From the NCBI GenBank assembly GCA_047974805.1, contig JBKECS010000066.1:27133-91132 (forward strand): a stretch of 64,000 nt of DNA, written 5' to 3'. The translations under genes and the position numbers were made by a program. Position 1 is the stretch's first letter. Each line of letters begins with the position of its first letter. The DNA comes from Nostocoides sp. (GTDB lineage Bacteria > Actinomycetota > Actinomycetes > Actinomycetales > Dermatophilaceae). Positions 18,115 to 28,481 of the stretch are shown one piece after another. The notes beneath the pieces are model-generated. The model was not told the origin of the DNA. It worked only from the letters and a program-made list of their open reading frames with translations, and searched no databases.

Positions 18115-19498
18115 TGTGGCCGCTGATTCCGTGAATGGATTCCTTAATGGCCTCGGACAGGGTCGGGTGGGCGAAGACATTCCGACCGACCTCGTCAGCG
18201 GTCAGATCCCATTGGCGGGCCAGGGTGAGGACGGGGAGGAGCTCGGTGACGTCCGGGCCGATCATGTGCGCGCCCAGGATCTCGTTGTGCGTGGCGTCGG
18301 CGACGATCTTGACGAAGCCCACCCCCTCGCCCAGCCCTTGGGCCTTGCCGTTGGCGGAGAAGGGGAAGGACGCGGTCTTGACGTCGTATCCCTTGTCCTT
18401 GGCCTGCTGCTCGGAGTAGCCGAACGAACCGATCTGGGGGTGGCAGTACGTCGCCCGCGGGATGAAGTCGTATTCGACCGGCATCGTCTCGGCCCCGGCC
18501 ATGGTCTCCGCCGCGACGATCCCCATGGCCTCGGCCACGTGGGCGAGCATCATCTTGGCCGTCACGTCGCCGATGGCGTAGACGGTCGGGATGTTGGTAC
18601 GGCAGTGGTCGTCCACGGCGATGGCGCCGCGGTCGGTGAGGGCGACCCTGGTGTTTTCCAGCCCGTAGCCCTCAACGCGCGGGGCGAACCCGATGGCGGA
18701 CAGCAGTCGGTCGGCTTCGAGCACCGTCGCCTCGCCGCCGCCTGCCGGAGTCACGGTGACCTTGACTCCCGAGCCGGTGTCTTCGACGGACTCGACCTTG
18801 GTGCTCAGCATGACCTTCACGCCGAGCTTTTTGTACTGCCGAAGGAGTTCCTTGGACACGTCCGCGTCTTCGGTCGGCACCATCCGGTCAAGGAACTCAA
18901 CGATGGTGACGTCGACGCCGAAGTTCGTCATGACGTAGGCGAACTCCACCCCGATGGCACCGGAGCCGGCGATGATGATCGAGCCTGGCAGATTGGGGTC
19001 GAGGATCTGCTCCTCGTAGGTGACGACGTTCGGGCTGATTGTCACCCCGGGAAGCATCCGGGTCACCGAGCCAGTGGCGATGATGAGCTTGTCGAAGGTC
19101 ACGGCCCGGGTGCTGCCGTCATTCATGGCAACATCCATCGAGGTCGCGCTCGTCAGGGTCCCCCACCCGTCGATCTCGGTGATCTTGTTCTTCTTCATCA
19201 GGTAGTGCACGCCGCCAACGACCTTCGCCGACACCGAGCGGCTGCGCTCCTGTGCCGGGCGGTATGCCATGGTGACCTCGCCTTCGATGGCGAAAAGGTC
19301 TTTTTCCCTGGTGATCGTGTGCGCCAGTTCTGCGTTCTTGAGCAACGCCTTGCTGGGGATGCACCCGACGTTGAGGCAGACCCCACCCCAGTACTTCTTC
19401 TCCACGACAGCGGCCTTGAGACCGAGCTGCGAGGCCCGGATCGCTGCCACGTATCCACCGGGGCCAGCACCGAGGACGACCACGTCAAAATCAGCCAT
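18101..19498 (-). CDS. lpdA: Dihydrolipoyl dehydrogenase
   Basis: FAD motif [11 protein letters not shown], redox-active [10 protein letters not shown] and C-terminal HAHPTLSE. 465 aa. Confidence 0.95.
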   Translation of the reverse strand: MADFDVVVLGAGPGGYVAAIRASQLGLKAAVVEKKYWGGVCLNVGCIPSKALLKNAELAHTITREKDLFAIEGEVTMAYRPAQERSRSVSAKVVGGVHYLMKKNKITEIDGWGTLTSATSMDVAMNDGSTRAVTFDKLIIATGSVTRMLPGVTISPNVVTYEEQILDPNLPGSIIIAGSGAIGVEFAYVMTNFGVDVTIVEFLDRMVPTEDADVSKELLRQYKKLGVKVMLSTKVESVEDTGSGVKVTVTPAGGGEATVLEADRLLSAIGFAPRVEGYGLENTRVALTDRGAIAVDDHCRTNIPTVYAIGDVTAKMMLAHVAEAMGIVAAETMAGAETMPVEYDFIPRATYCHPQIGSFGYSEQQAKDKGYDVKTASFPFSANGKAQGLGEGVGFVKIVADATHNEILGAHMIGPDVTELLPVLTLARQWDLTADEVGRNVFAHPTLSEAIKESIHGISGHMINL

Positions 19499-19567
19499 GG
19501 TCGCCAGCCTATCCGGTACCTGCCCTGGTCAACGCACGCCCCCGAGGGGCGGCCACGCTGCTTCAGG

Positions 19568-20095
19568 TCAAAGGACCGCACACACGTAGTTCTGGCCTTT
19601 GCGGGTGAGCCGGACCTTGGCCGTGGGGTACCCGGGGCAAGGCGATCCATCGGGCAGAACCTCCGTCACCGCGATCGTCCCGGTCGTCGTGGAGGCGGAA
19701 TTGGCGACCGTCCCGGTCACCGTCAGGGTCAGACAGCTGCCGGCGGCAAGGGTCGTCCCCGTCACCAGGGTGCAGGTCGGTGGCAGGCTCGCCGAACAGG
19801 TCACGGAACCGTTGGTGGTCGTCGCGGACAATACGGTGATGTCGCCGGCGGAGGTGATGGCAAAGTGGGTTCCCGCTGGGATCGTTTCACCTGCAGCGGC
19901 ACACATCGTGTACGTGACCACTCCACCGGAACCGCAGGTGGCCGTGACGGCGTAGTTGGGCGCCTCCTGGCACGTCGGCGACGCCGCATAGGCACCGCTC
20001 GCGGCGCCGATCACGACCGCTGGTGTTGCCCACGCCACGCCGGAGGTTACCGTCCGACGCCGAACCTGCTGGGGCACGTTGGCATACGAAGTCAT
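19568..20095 (-). CDS. Secreted Thr/Cys-rich protein with a twin-arginine-like signal (unknown function)
   Basis: MTSYANVPQQVRRRTVTSGVAWATPAVVIGAASGAYA signal, followed by a Thr/Gly/Ala-rich mature part with 8 Cys. The N-terminus parallels that of the 23990..24925 protein. Confidence 0.6.
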   Translation of the reverse strand: MTSYANVPQQVRRRTVTSGVAWATPAVVIGAASGAYAASPTCQEAPNYAVTATCGSGGVVTYTMCAAAGETIPAGTHFAITSAGDITVLSATTTNGSVTCSASLPPTCTLVTGTTLAAGSCLTLTVTGTVANSASTTTGTIAVTEVLPDGSPCPGYPTAKVRLTRKGQNYVCAVL

Positions 20096-20292
20096 CAGAA
20101 ACTGCTCCCCAACATGGCCGTTCACGGCCTCCTGGAGCCGGCGCACGCCCAGCGCCAACCCGTCCACACCGTCCGGCCACGCCCGCGGCCGGAAACCCTT
20201 CCAGCCAGAAGGTTATCGTGCACCAGCGAGCGGCCATGCCCAATCCGTCATGATCGATGCGACATGCTGTAAGACACGCCGATAAGCGTCTG

Positions 20293-20718
20293 CTAGCTCA
20301 GGCTTGGGAACCAGATATCAATCTCGCGAATGGCCGATTCCGGTGAATCCGAACCGTGGACGACGTTCTGTTGCGCCGCTGTGCCCCAGTCCCGGCCGAG
20401 GTCGCCTCGGATGCTGCCAGGGGCGGCCGTGGTGGGATCGGTCGCGCCGGCGAGGGAACGGAAACCCCGAATGCAGTCCTGTCCCTGGATGACCACGGCC
20501 GTCACTGGGCCGGAGGACATGAACTCGATGAGCGACTCATAGAACGGCTTGCCCTCGTGCTCGGCGTAGTGCCGCGCCAAGTTCTCCCGGGTCGGCGTCA
20601 CCACCGCCAAGGCGAGCAGGACATACCCCTTGGCCTCGATCCGGCGCAGTACCTCACCGGTCAGGCCGCGGGCGTAACCGTCGGGTTTGACAAGGACGAG
20701 CGAGCGTTCGATGGTCAC
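20293..20718 (-). CDS. ndk: Nucleoside diphosphate kinase
   Basis: ERSLVLVKPDG...NVVHGSDSPESA. The GTG start at 20718 overlaps the stop of the upstream gene (GTGA). The track ORF is over-extended to 21297. Confidence 0.93.
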   Translation of the reverse strand: MTIERSLVLVKPDGYARGLTGEVLRRIEAKGYVLLALAVVTPTRENLARHYAEHEGKPFYESLIEFMSSGPVTAVVIQGQDCIRGFRSLAGATDPTTAAPGSIRGDLGRDWGTAAQQNVVHGSDSPESAIREIDIWFPSLS

Positions 20719-21134
20719 GAGGCCACTGTATCGGCGGGTGGCGCCGCGTCCACTTGGCCGCCACGGATGAGTGCCCACAGCCAAAGGGCCAGGAAGATGA
20801 GCCCAATGACCGCCATGGTCGGCACAACGAACGCGGAGGCGAGCGCGGCCAGCTGAACGAGCCAGCCCAGCGTCACGCCCCACGCCCTGCGCATGGCTCC
20901 TGCTGCGATCAACGCCATGACCGCCAAGGCCACCCCAAACCAGAGATAGCGGGCTGCGTGCCCATCCTCCCCGGCCACAGCGACGCCACGGGCGACCAGG
21001 GCGCCGAAGAAGATGACGATGGCCTCGGCGAACAGCACAAGTGCGCCCAACCGCCAGCTGAACGTGCCAAGTCGTCCAAAGAATGGGGGTCGTGTGCCGC
21101 GGGACGGCGATGACGATCCGACAGGGTTGTCCAC
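20715..21134 (-). CDS. DUF4233-like small membrane protein
   Basis: 139 aa with 3-4 hydrophobic helices, in the conserved actinobacterial slot between folC and ndk. Confidence 0.7.
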   Translation of the reverse strand: MDNPVGSSSPSRGTRPPFFGRLGTFSWRLGALVLFAEAIVIFFGALVARGVAVAGEDGHAARYLWFGVALAVMALIAAGAMRRAWGVTLGWLVQLAALASAFVVPTMAVIGLIFLALWLWALIRGGQVDAAPPADTVAS

Positions 21135-21157
21135 GATCCCAGCCTAGGACGGGTGCT

Positions 21158-22585
21158 TCAGACCGAATCGGCGCCGAGCAGCATCCGGACCTCGGCCGCG
21201 GTGACCACCGACCCGGTGGCCACGATGCCACCGTTGACGCCGCCCTCGTCGGCCAGTTCGGCGGCCGCGTCGACGGCATCGGGCAGGTCCGCCACAACGC
21301 TGACCCGGTGCTCGCCGAAGATCTCGACGGCCAGTTCGCCGAGTTCGGCCGGATTCATCGCCCGTGGAGAGGTCGTGCGGGAGATGACGACCTCGTCGAA
21401 GATGGGTTCGAAGATCTCCAACATCCCGGTGGCATCCTTGTCGGCCATGACCGCGATGACACCGACGAGCTTGCCGAAAGCGAACGAGTCCTTCAACGCC
21501 TCGGCAAGCGCCCGCGCGCCGTGCGGGTTGTGTGCTGCATCGACGATCACCGTCGGAGAGCGTCGGACGATCTCCAAACGCCCAGGGCTCTTCACCGCCG
21601 CCAGGCCGGCGCGTAGCACGTCGATGTTCAGCGCCCGGCTGCCCCCACCGACAAAACACTCCACCGCGGCGACCGCCATGGCGGCGTTGTCGCCCTGGTG
21701 CGCCCCGTGCAGCGGAAGGAACAGATCGGCATACGTGGCAGCAAGCCCGGCGACCGTCAGGTTCTGGCCACCGACGGCGACGACGCGTTCGGTGACCGCG
21801 AAATCGATCCCTGCCACGGCAAGGCTCGCACCGGCCTGCTCGGCCGCCTCGGCCACGATGGCCGCGACGGCGGGGTCCTGGGCGGCGCTGACCACGTGAG
21901 CACCCGTCTTGATAATGCCCACCTTCTCGGTGGCGATCTGCTCCACCGAATCCCCCAGGAACCGGGTGTGATCCACTCCGATCGGGCCTATGACCGCCAC
22001 GTCTCCATCTGCGACGTTCGTGGCATCCCAACGCCCGCCGAGCCCGACCTCGACGATGGCCACGTCGACCGGTGAGTCCGCGAAGGCCGCATAGGCGACG
22101 GCGACAAGGGTTTGGAAGTAGTTCATTCGCGGGCCGCCGGCGGCCACGGTGCGCGCGTCCACCATTTCGACATACGGGCGGACCTCCTTGTATGCCGCAA
22201 TGAACTTCTCCGGCTCGATCGCAGCACCGTCCAGGGCGATGCGCTCCCTCAGGTCGTGCAGGTGCGGACTGGTGAACCGGCCGGTGCGAAGGCCGTGCTC
22301 ACGGAGGATCGATTCGATCAAGCGCGCCGTCGACGTCTTGCCATTGGTTCCGGTCAGGTGGATCACCGGAAAGGCACGCTGGGGATCCCCAAGCAGTTCC
22401 ATGACGGCGGTGATTTCTGCCAGGGAGGGGTCGATGTCGTTCTCCGGGGCGCGGGCCAGCAGCTCCTGGTCGATCTCCCGCAGGCGCCGGGTGACCTCCA
22501 GCTGGTGGGCAGCATGGCGGGCGGCGGCGTCGGGTGCGGGGCTCATCGGGCTAGTCTCGCGCACGACGCCGGGGTGTGCCGCCAC
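21158..22585 (-). CDS. folC: Folylpolyglutamate synthase / dihydrofolate synthase
   Basis: Mur-ligase P-loop HLTGTNGKTSTARLI. 475 aa, in the folC-DUF4233-ndk arrangement. Confidence 0.92.
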   Translation of the reverse strand: MAAHPGVVRETSPMSPAPDAAARHAAHQLEVTRRLREIDQELLARAPENDIDPSLAEITAVMELLGDPQRAFPVIHLTGTNGKTSTARLIESILREHGLRTGRFTSPHLHDLRERIALDGAAIEPEKFIAAYKEVRPYVEMVDARTVAAGGPRMNYFQTLVAVAYAAFADSPVDVAIVEVGLGGRWDATNVADGDVAVIGPIGVDHTRFLGDSVEQIATEKVGIIKTGAHVVSAAQDPAVAAIVAEAAEQAGASLAVAGIDFAVTERVVAVGGQNLTVAGLAATYADLFLPLHGAHQGDNAAMAVAAVECFVGGGSRALNIDVLRAGLAAVKSPGRLEIVRRSPTVIVDAAHNPHGARALAEALKDSFAFGKLVGVIAVMADKDATGMLEIFEPIFDEVVISRTTSPRAMNPAELGELAVEIFGEHRVSVVADLPDAVDAAAELADEGGVNGGIVATGSVVTAAEVRMLLGADSV

Positions 22586-22606
22586 GCCCGGCGTCTGGAG
22601 CGATGG

Positions 22607-23941
22607 CTACCCGTGGTTATGACCCTGCTCACCGTGAGCCTGGTGATCAAGCAGGTTCGGACCGTGCGGGCCGTCGTGACCGTGCACGTTGTCCGGGTCA
22701 CCGACATACGTCATGGTCAACTCACCGTGCATGAGTTGCTCCCTGGTGACCGGGATGACTCGTCCGTCGTTGAACGTCCACCAGGCGAACGGTTCGGAAC
22801 CGTCCGGCATGAGCGGGGCTGGCGGGGGCACGTATGCCGGCAGTTCGCCGGGATCGAAGCTGTCGAGCTCTGCGGCGATGTCCTCGACGAACTCGTCGAT
22901 ACCCGGCACCGAACCCACGGGGCCCCCAGCGAGCAGTCCGTCGGCGCCCAGGAGGACGGCGGAGGGGGATTCACCCAGGCCCAGCTCGTACCAGGCGCGA
23001 CCCTCATGGTCATACCACCCATCCTCGGGCGCAGCGACCTCCGGGCGCTGGTGCGCCTGGAACGGCAGCGTCGTGACGTAGTGCACGTCGACGAACGGCA
23101 GCGCCGCACGCCAACGCGACATACTCTCCAGCGCCAACGCAGTCGTGCCGCAGAAGCAGTTCGTCGCGACGAGCAGGACGGGTTTGCTCCGCGCGAGCTC
23201 CGGCAGGGAGGTCACCTCACCGGCGCGACCAACGAGATAGGCCATCGGGATGGGGCGGCGGACATAGTCGGGGTTGTCCCGATCGAGCGCGTCCAGGACC
23301 TCCTGATCGCTGATGGCTTGGACTGCGCCACCAACAGCATCGGATGGAGGACGCACAGCGGTGGCACCGACCCCGCCGGGGGGCGGCGCTGCCGGGCTCA
23401 CTGCAGTACCGGTGCTACTTGCGGTTGTTGAGCCTGCGGCCACGAACCAGACGACGACGCCAACCACAGCACTGGCGGCCAACCATCCCGCCGCGGATCC
23501 CCCGGGTGCCGCCAGAAGGGACCAGAGCGAGTCTCCGGCCAGACCGACCCCGACCGCCGCGACGGCAAGGACGACGAAGATGACGTTGCGGGTGACCGTT
23601 CGTCCGTTGATCCGCTGGTCCCCGATCTTGCCGAAGCACCCGCAGCTCGGGCGGGGGTCGAAGCGCATGGCGCGGGCGACCAGGGCTGCATAGGTGAGCA
23701 TGAGTGCCAGCGTCAACCACGAGGCGGCGAGGTAGATCGGGGCCCACGGGGTCAGCAGCCCCAAGGCAAGGGCGCCCTCTCCGGCGGGGAGGGCGACGCC
23801 GACCCACGGCTTGGCAAACGCCCTTGGCAAACGGAGGTTGGCGATGACCGACCTGGTGGAATACCGGTCCCGCCATTTGGCGTACCCGCTAAGCAGCAGC
23901 ACACCGGCTAGCACCAACGGCGCCACAGCAAGAAATGTCAC
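22607..23941 (-). CDS. MauE/DoxX-like membrane domain fused to a thioredoxin-like domain with a His-rich C-terminus
   Basis: The N-terminal ~170 aa has 4-5 helices and the SCGCFG motif typical of MauE-type proteins. The C-terminal half has a TlpA/thioredoxin-like layout with NCFCG where a CxxC is expected. The tail reads HGHDGPHGPNLLDHQAHGEQGHNHG. GTG start. Confidence 0.6.
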   Translation of the reverse strand: MTFLAVAPLVLAGVLLLSGYAKWRDRYSTRSVIANLRLPRAFAKPWVGVALPAGEGALALGLLTPWAPIYLAASWLTLALMLTYAALVARAMRFDPRPSCGCFGKIGDQRINGRTVTRNVIFVVLAVAAVGVGLAGDSLWSLLAAPGGSAAGWLAASAVVGVVVWFVAAGSTTASSTGTAVSPAAPPPGGVGATAVRPPSDAVGGAVQAISDQEVLDALDRDNPDYVRRPIPMAYLVGRAGEVTSLPELARSKPVLLVATNCFCGTTALALESMSRWRAALPFVDVHYVTTLPFQAHQRPEVAAPEDGWYDHEGRAWYELGLGESPSAVLLGADGLLAGGPVGSVPGIDEFVEDIAAELDSFDPGELPAYVPPPAPLMPDGSEPFAWWTFNDGRVIPVTREQLMHGELTMTYVGDPDNVHGHDGPHGPNLLDHQAHGEQGHNHG

Positions 23942-23989
23942 GTCGATTCACTCCTGTCGAGCACGGCGGCCCTCACGTGTATGCCCTGC

Positions 23990-24925
23990 TCAGAGGTGCC
24001 CGCCCGGGCTGCAGCCCCAGGCTGAGGTCGTGCCGTCGGGCAGATAGCAGGCCACGGCCTTGGCGCTCTCGGTGTTGCAGTAGTACTGGTTCGCCACCGG
24101 ACGGCAGGAGGTGAACCCGTTGGCGGTCGAGGACACCGTGCCGGAGCAGGACGTGACCGCGCTGGAGGTGTCGATCGACGCGGTCAGGGTGCAGCAGGCG
24201 CCGGAGCCGTAATAGTTCGTCCCGGTTCCGCCGAGCGTGGTGCAGCCGGCGTTTTGGGTCTGGGCGAAGTTGGGACTGAACGAGACCCCGAAGCATCGAT
24301 AGAAGACCCCCGTGTCCATATCCGGCCCCCAGATGTGGGTCGGGCACCAGGCGTCGTTGAAGGTCAGCGTGAACGTATTGCTCGCACCTTCGACCCAGCC
24401 ACTCAGCCCGGAGCACATCGCGGTGGTCTGGGTCTTGGCATACGCGGTGGGGACCGGGTCGGTGAAGCCCGTCCCGGGATAGCACGGGTTGTAGGGGTAG
24501 TTGCACGGGCCGGGTGTCGGCGTCGCGTAGTGGTTCGTGTAGGGAGCCTGGTAGCTCATGATCCAGCACGAGCAACCCAGCCCGTTAGCGCAGGTGTAGC
24601 TGAAGGTGATGATCGTGCCCTTGGGGATGCAGTCATCATTGACCGTCGCCACGGTCTGGGTCGCGCCAGCGTTGTCGCAGTTGGGACAGATCTGGAACCA
24701 GGCCCGGGTCGTGCGGGTCGAGCCCGGGATCCCGTTGGAGATCTGCTCACAAAACCACGAGCTGCATCCGGCGATGTCGGGACAATCGGGCAGGCTGGCC
24801 GAGGACGCCAGCGCGGGGGTGGCGCCGGCGACGACGACGGTGGGCACGGCCCATGCCGATCCTCGCATGACCGAGCGGCGGCGAACACCTGGTGTCGAAT
24901 TCGTGGCAGGAGCGTCAGTGGTCAT
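23990..24925 (-). CDS. Secreted cysteine-rich protein with a twin-arginine-like signal (unknown function)
   Basis: MTTDAPATNSTPGVRRRSVMRGSAWAVPTVVVAGATPALA signal. I count 22 Cys in the ~270-aa mature part, including CxC and CC pairs. No family recognised. Confidence 0.6.
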   Translation of the reverse strand: MTTDAPATNSTPGVRRRSVMRGSAWAVPTVVVAGATPALASSASLPDCPDIAGCSSWFCEQISNGIPGSTRTTRAWFQICPNCDNAGATQTVATVNDDCIPKGTIITFSYTCANGLGCSCWIMSYQAPYTNHYATPTPGPCNYPYNPCYPGTGFTDPVPTAYAKTQTTAMCSGLSGWVEGASNTFTLTFNDAWCPTHIWGPDMDTGVFYRCFGVSFSPNFAQTQNAGCTTLGGTGTNYYGSGACCTLTASIDTSSAVTSCSGTVSSTANGFTSCRPVANQYYCNTESAKAVACYLPDGTTSAWGCSPGGHL

Positions 24926-25095
24926 GGGGAACGGCACCTCGCGGGGGACGACATCAACCAGCGGCGGCACCTCGACATTTGCCAACCACCGGGTAATGAA
25001 AATAGGGCAGCGGGGTCGCCCAGGGACGGCATAGACCTTAACCCAGCCAGGCACGCCAGGCAGCCAGCCCGTCACCCGGTGCGTTGAGTGAGGCT

Positions 25096-25130
25096 GTCGC
25101 CTGGGGTTGCGGCACGTAATCCCAGGCGAC
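25096..25130 (-). terminator. Stem-loop after ileS
   Basis: 10-bp perfect inverted repeat GTCGCCTGGG (25096-25105) / CCCAGGCGAC (25121-25130), 25 nt after the ileS stop. Confidence 0.45.
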
Positions 25131-25154
25131 GGGCACATCCTGGAGCCGGTGTAG

Positions 25155-28100
25155 TCAGCGTTTGCGGATCAGCAGGCGGACCCGCAAGTTGTCGCCGACG
25201 GTGGTTTCGGTGACCTCCTCGTCAGTAGCGTCGAGGTCGTCGAGGTGCATCGAGGCCGACAGCTGCTGCGACAGCGTCTCGGACATCACCAGGTCCCGGT
25301 GCTCCACGGTGGCCCTCCATACTGGTTCGGCGCCCACGATGGTGGCGGAAATCCGGTCGGTGACCTCGAGCCCGGCGTCCTTGCGCGCCTGCTGTACGGC
25401 ACGGACAAGGTCGCGCGCCACGCCCTCGGTGGCCAGCGCGTCGGTGACCTCAACATCAAGCACGACGAACCCGCCACCATTGAGCATCCCCGTCGCCGTG
25501 CCCGAGGAGTCGCCGTCACCGGCGACCATCTCCAGGGTGTACTCCCCCGGCGCCAACACGATGCCTCCAGCCGTCACTTCTCCGGCCCCCGACACTGACC
25601 AGTCGCCACTCTTGGCGCCGCGGATGGCCGTCTGGACGTCCTTGCCCAGCCTCGGGCCGGCGAGGCGGGCATTGACGGTCAATGCCTCAGTGACGCCGAA
25701 GCCGGCGGCGGCCTCGTCCGTGTCGGACATCAGGCGCACCTGCTTGACGTTGACCTCCTCGGCAATGATCGGCTCGAACCCGGCAAGCGCCTCGGGGTCG
25801 GCGGTGACCACGGTCAGGCTGGCCAACGGCAATCGAGTCCGCAGGCCGGCGCCCTTGCGCAGCGAGGAGGCCACTGAACACACCTCCCGGACCTTGTCCA
25901 TGGCAGCGACCAAGCCGTCGTCGCGGGGCAGGTCACCGGCCGAAGGCCAGTCGGTCAGGTGCACCGAGCGGCCACCGGTCAGGCCTCGCCAGATCTCCTC
26001 GGTGGTCAGCGGCAGGAGAGGCGCGGTGACCCGGCATACCGTCTCCAGCGTCGTATACAGCGTGTCGAAGGCCGCCTTGGTGCCGTCCTGATCACCGGAC
26101 CCGGTGTCCCAGAATCGTTCCCGCGAGCGACGCACATACCAGTTCGTCAGCACGTCGAGGAAGCTGCGCGTGGAGTCACACGCCCCGGCGATGTCGAAGG
26201 CGTCCAGCCGCTCGGTGGACTCGTGCACGTATGCCGCGAGCTTGGCCAGCAGGTACCGATCCAACGGGTCGTTCGAGGCCGTCGAACGCCTGGCCTCATA
26301 ACCGCTCTCCCCTAGTGCGTTGGCATAAAGGCTGAAGAAGTACCAGACGTTCCACAGCGGCAGCAGCACCTGGCGAACCCCGTCCCGGATGCCCTGCTCG
26401 GTGACGATGAGATTGCCGCCGCGCAAGATGGGCGAGGACATGAGGAACCAGCGCATCGCGTCCGCTCCGTCACGGTGGAACACCTCGGTGACGTCGGGAT
26501 AGTTGCGCAACGACTTGGACATCTTCGCTCCGTCGTTGCCGAGCACGATGCCATGGCTGATGCAGGCGGAGAATGCCGGACGATCGAAGAGTGCCGTGGC
26601 GAGGATGTGCAGGGTGTAGAACCAGCCACGGGTCTGCCCGATGTACTCGACGATGAAGTCCGCCGGGAAGTGCTGCTCGAACCACTCGGCATTCTCGAAC
26701 GGGTAGTGCACCTGGGCAAAGCTCATCGACCCGGAGTCGAACCAGACGTCGAGCACGTCCTCGACCCGGCGCATCGTCGAATTCCCGGTCGGGTCATCCG
26801 GGTTTGGCCGGGTCAGTTGGTCGATGTAGGGCCGGTGCACGTCCGGCTCACCGGTGGGGCCGATGGGGAGACGGCCGAAGTCCGCCTCCAGCTCCGCCAG
26901 CGAGCCATAGACGTCGACCCGGGGGTATGCCGGGTCGTCGGACTTCCACACCGGGATGGGGCTACCCCAGAACCGGTTCCGGGAGATGGACCAGTCGCGG
27001 GCATTCTCCAACCATTTGCCGAATTGGCCGTCCTTGACGTGCTCGGGCACCCAGGTGATCTCCTGGTTGAGCGCCACCATCCGATCCTTGAACTTCGTCA
27101 CCTCGACGAACCATGAGCTGACCGCCATGTAGATCAGCGGCTGCCGGCAGCGCCAACAATGCGGGTAGGAGTGCTCGTAGGTTTCCCGCCGGACCAGCAC
27201 GGTGCCGTCGGTGACACTGCCCCGTTCGCCACCGGCGGTGGCGGCGTTGAGATGGTCGAGAATCAGCCCATTGGCGTCCAGCACCTGGATGTTCTCGTAG
27301 TCGGTGACCGGGAAGGTGAACCTGCCGTCCGGACCCACCGGTACCACCGGAGCGATGCCCGCAGCGTCGGTGACGACCTTGTCCTCCTCACCGAACGCCG
27401 GCGCGATGTGGACGAGCCCGGTCCCGTCCTCGGTGGTGACGTAGTCCGCAGGCAGGATCTGGTGGGCGCCTGCGTGTCCGAGGAAGTAGGAGAACGGCGG
27501 GGTGTAGTGCGTGCCGACGAGGTCCGCTCCCTTGACGCTCGCGACGACCCGGTCGGCGACATCCTCACCCAGCTCGCGGGCGTAGGCGGCCAGCCGTTCC
27601 CGCGCCAACAGGTAACGCTCCTCCTGCCCCGTGGGACCGTCCGAGGTGACCACGACATAGTCGACATCGGGGTGCACCGCCATGGCGAGGTTGGACGGCA
27701 ACGTCCATGGGGTGGTCGTCCAGATCAGCGCCAGCGTCCCCGCATACGGGCCGTCGCTCAGCCGCAACCCAAGCGTCACGGCGGGGTCTTGCCGGGACCG
27801 GTAGACCTCCTCGTCCATGCGCAGTTCGTGGTTGCTCAGCGGGGTCTGGTCGTTCCAGCAATAGGGCAGCACCCGGAAGCCCTCGTAGACCCAGCCCTTG
27901 TCGTACAGCGACTTGAACGCCCACAGCACCGACTCCATGAAGGTGGGGTTGAGTGTCTTGTAATCGTGCTCGAAATCGACCCAGCGAGCTTGGCGGGTAA
28001 CGTAGGCCCGCCACTCGTCGGTGTACTTCAGGACCGAGGCGCGACACTTTTCGTTGAACGTGCCGATCCCCAGGTCGAGGATCTCCTCCTTGGTCTTGAT

Positions 28101-28481
28101 CCCCAGCTGGCTCATCGCCTCCAACTCGGCGGGCAGACCGTGAGTGTCCCACCCGAAGCGGCGTTCCACCTTGCGCCCACACATGGTCTGGTAGCGGGGC
28201 ACGATGTCCTTGACATAGCCGGTGAGCAGGTGGCCGTAGTGCGGAAGACCGTTGGCGAAGGGTGGGCCGTCATAAAAGACGAATTCGTTGGCGCCGTCGA
28301 CGCCGGCGCCACGGTTGTCGATGGAGGCCTGAAAGGTGTCGTCGGCAGCCCAGTAGGCAAGGACTCGTTCCTCGATCTCCGGGAAATTCGGGGAGGGAGG
28401 GATCACCGTCGAGGCGTCATGGCTGGCGGAGTGCTCGTCGGGGTCGCCAACGGGTCCGGTGCTCGCCTTGGGGTAGGCCAT
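25155..28481 (-). CDS. ileS: Isoleucine--tRNA ligase
   Basis: [14 protein letters not shown] (HIGH region) and KMSKSLRN (KMSKS). ATG at 28481 is preceded by AAGGAG. The track ORF over-extends to 28769 through the leader. Confidence 0.95.
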   Translation of the reverse strand: MAYPKASTGPVGDPDEHSASHDASTVIPPSPNFPEIEERVLAYWAADDTFQASIDNRGAGVDGANEFVFYDGPPFANGLPHYGHLLTGYVKDIVPRYQTMCGRKVERRFGWDTHGLPAELEAMSQLGIKTKEEILDLGIGTFNEKCRASVLKYTDEWRAYVTRQARWVDFEHDYKTLNPTFMESVLWAFKSLYDKGWVYEGFRVLPYCWNDQTPLSNHELRMDEEVYRSRQDPAVTLGLRLSDGPYAGTLALIWTTTPWTLPSNLAMAVHPDVDYVVVTSDGPTGQEERYLLARERLAAYARELGEDVADRVVASVKGADLVGTHYTPPFSYFLGHAGAHQILPADYVTTEDGTGLVHIAPAFGEEDKVVTDAAGIAPVVPVGPDGRFTFPVTDYENIQVLDANGLILDHLNAATAGGERGSVTDGTVLVRRETYEHSYPHCWRCRQPLIYMAVSSWFVEVTKFKDRMVALNQEITWVPEHVKDGQFGKWLENARDWSISRNRFWGSPIPVWKSDDPAYPRVDVYGSLAELEADFGRLPIGPTGEPDVHRPYIDQLTRPNPDDPTGNSTMRRVEDVLDVWFDSGSMSFAQVHYPFENAEWFEQHFPADFIVEYIGQTRGWFYTLHILATALFDRPAFSACISHGIVLGNDGAKMSKSLRNYPDVTEVFHRDGADAMRWFLMSSPILRGGNLIVTEQGIRDGVRQVLLPLWNVWYFFSLYANALGESGYEARRSTASNDPLDRYLLAKLAAYVHESTERLDAFDIAGACDSTRSFLDVLTNWYVRRSRERFWDTGSGDQDGTKAAFDTLYTTLETVCRVTAPLLPLTTEEIWRGLTGGRSVHLTDWPSAGDLPRDDGLVAAMDKVREVCSVASSLRKGAGLRTRLPLASLTVVTADPEALAGFEPIIAEEVNVKQVRLMSDTDEAAAGFGVTEALTVNARLAGPRLGKDVQTAIRGAKSGDWSVSGAGEVTAGGIVLAPGEYTLEMVAGDGDSSGTATGMLNGGGFVVLDVEVTDALATEGVARDLVRAVQQARKDAGLEVTDRISATIVGAEPVWRATVEHRDLVMSETLSQQLSASMHLDDLDATDEEVTETTVGDNLRVRLLIRKR

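Noticed and set aside
18116-20272. 718-aa plus-strand ORF antisense to lpdA. Similar long shadow ORFs occur at 4541..5854, 13675..16059, 27159..28688, 33663..35171, 42156..43700, 47637..49559, 50122..51465, 52256..53581, 57402..58544 and 60497..62590.
   Set aside because: Their translations are Arg/Gly/Pro/Asp/His-rich with no motifs. They lie opposite genes with unmistakable family signatures. Such stop-free antisense frames are expected in a ~70% GC genome.
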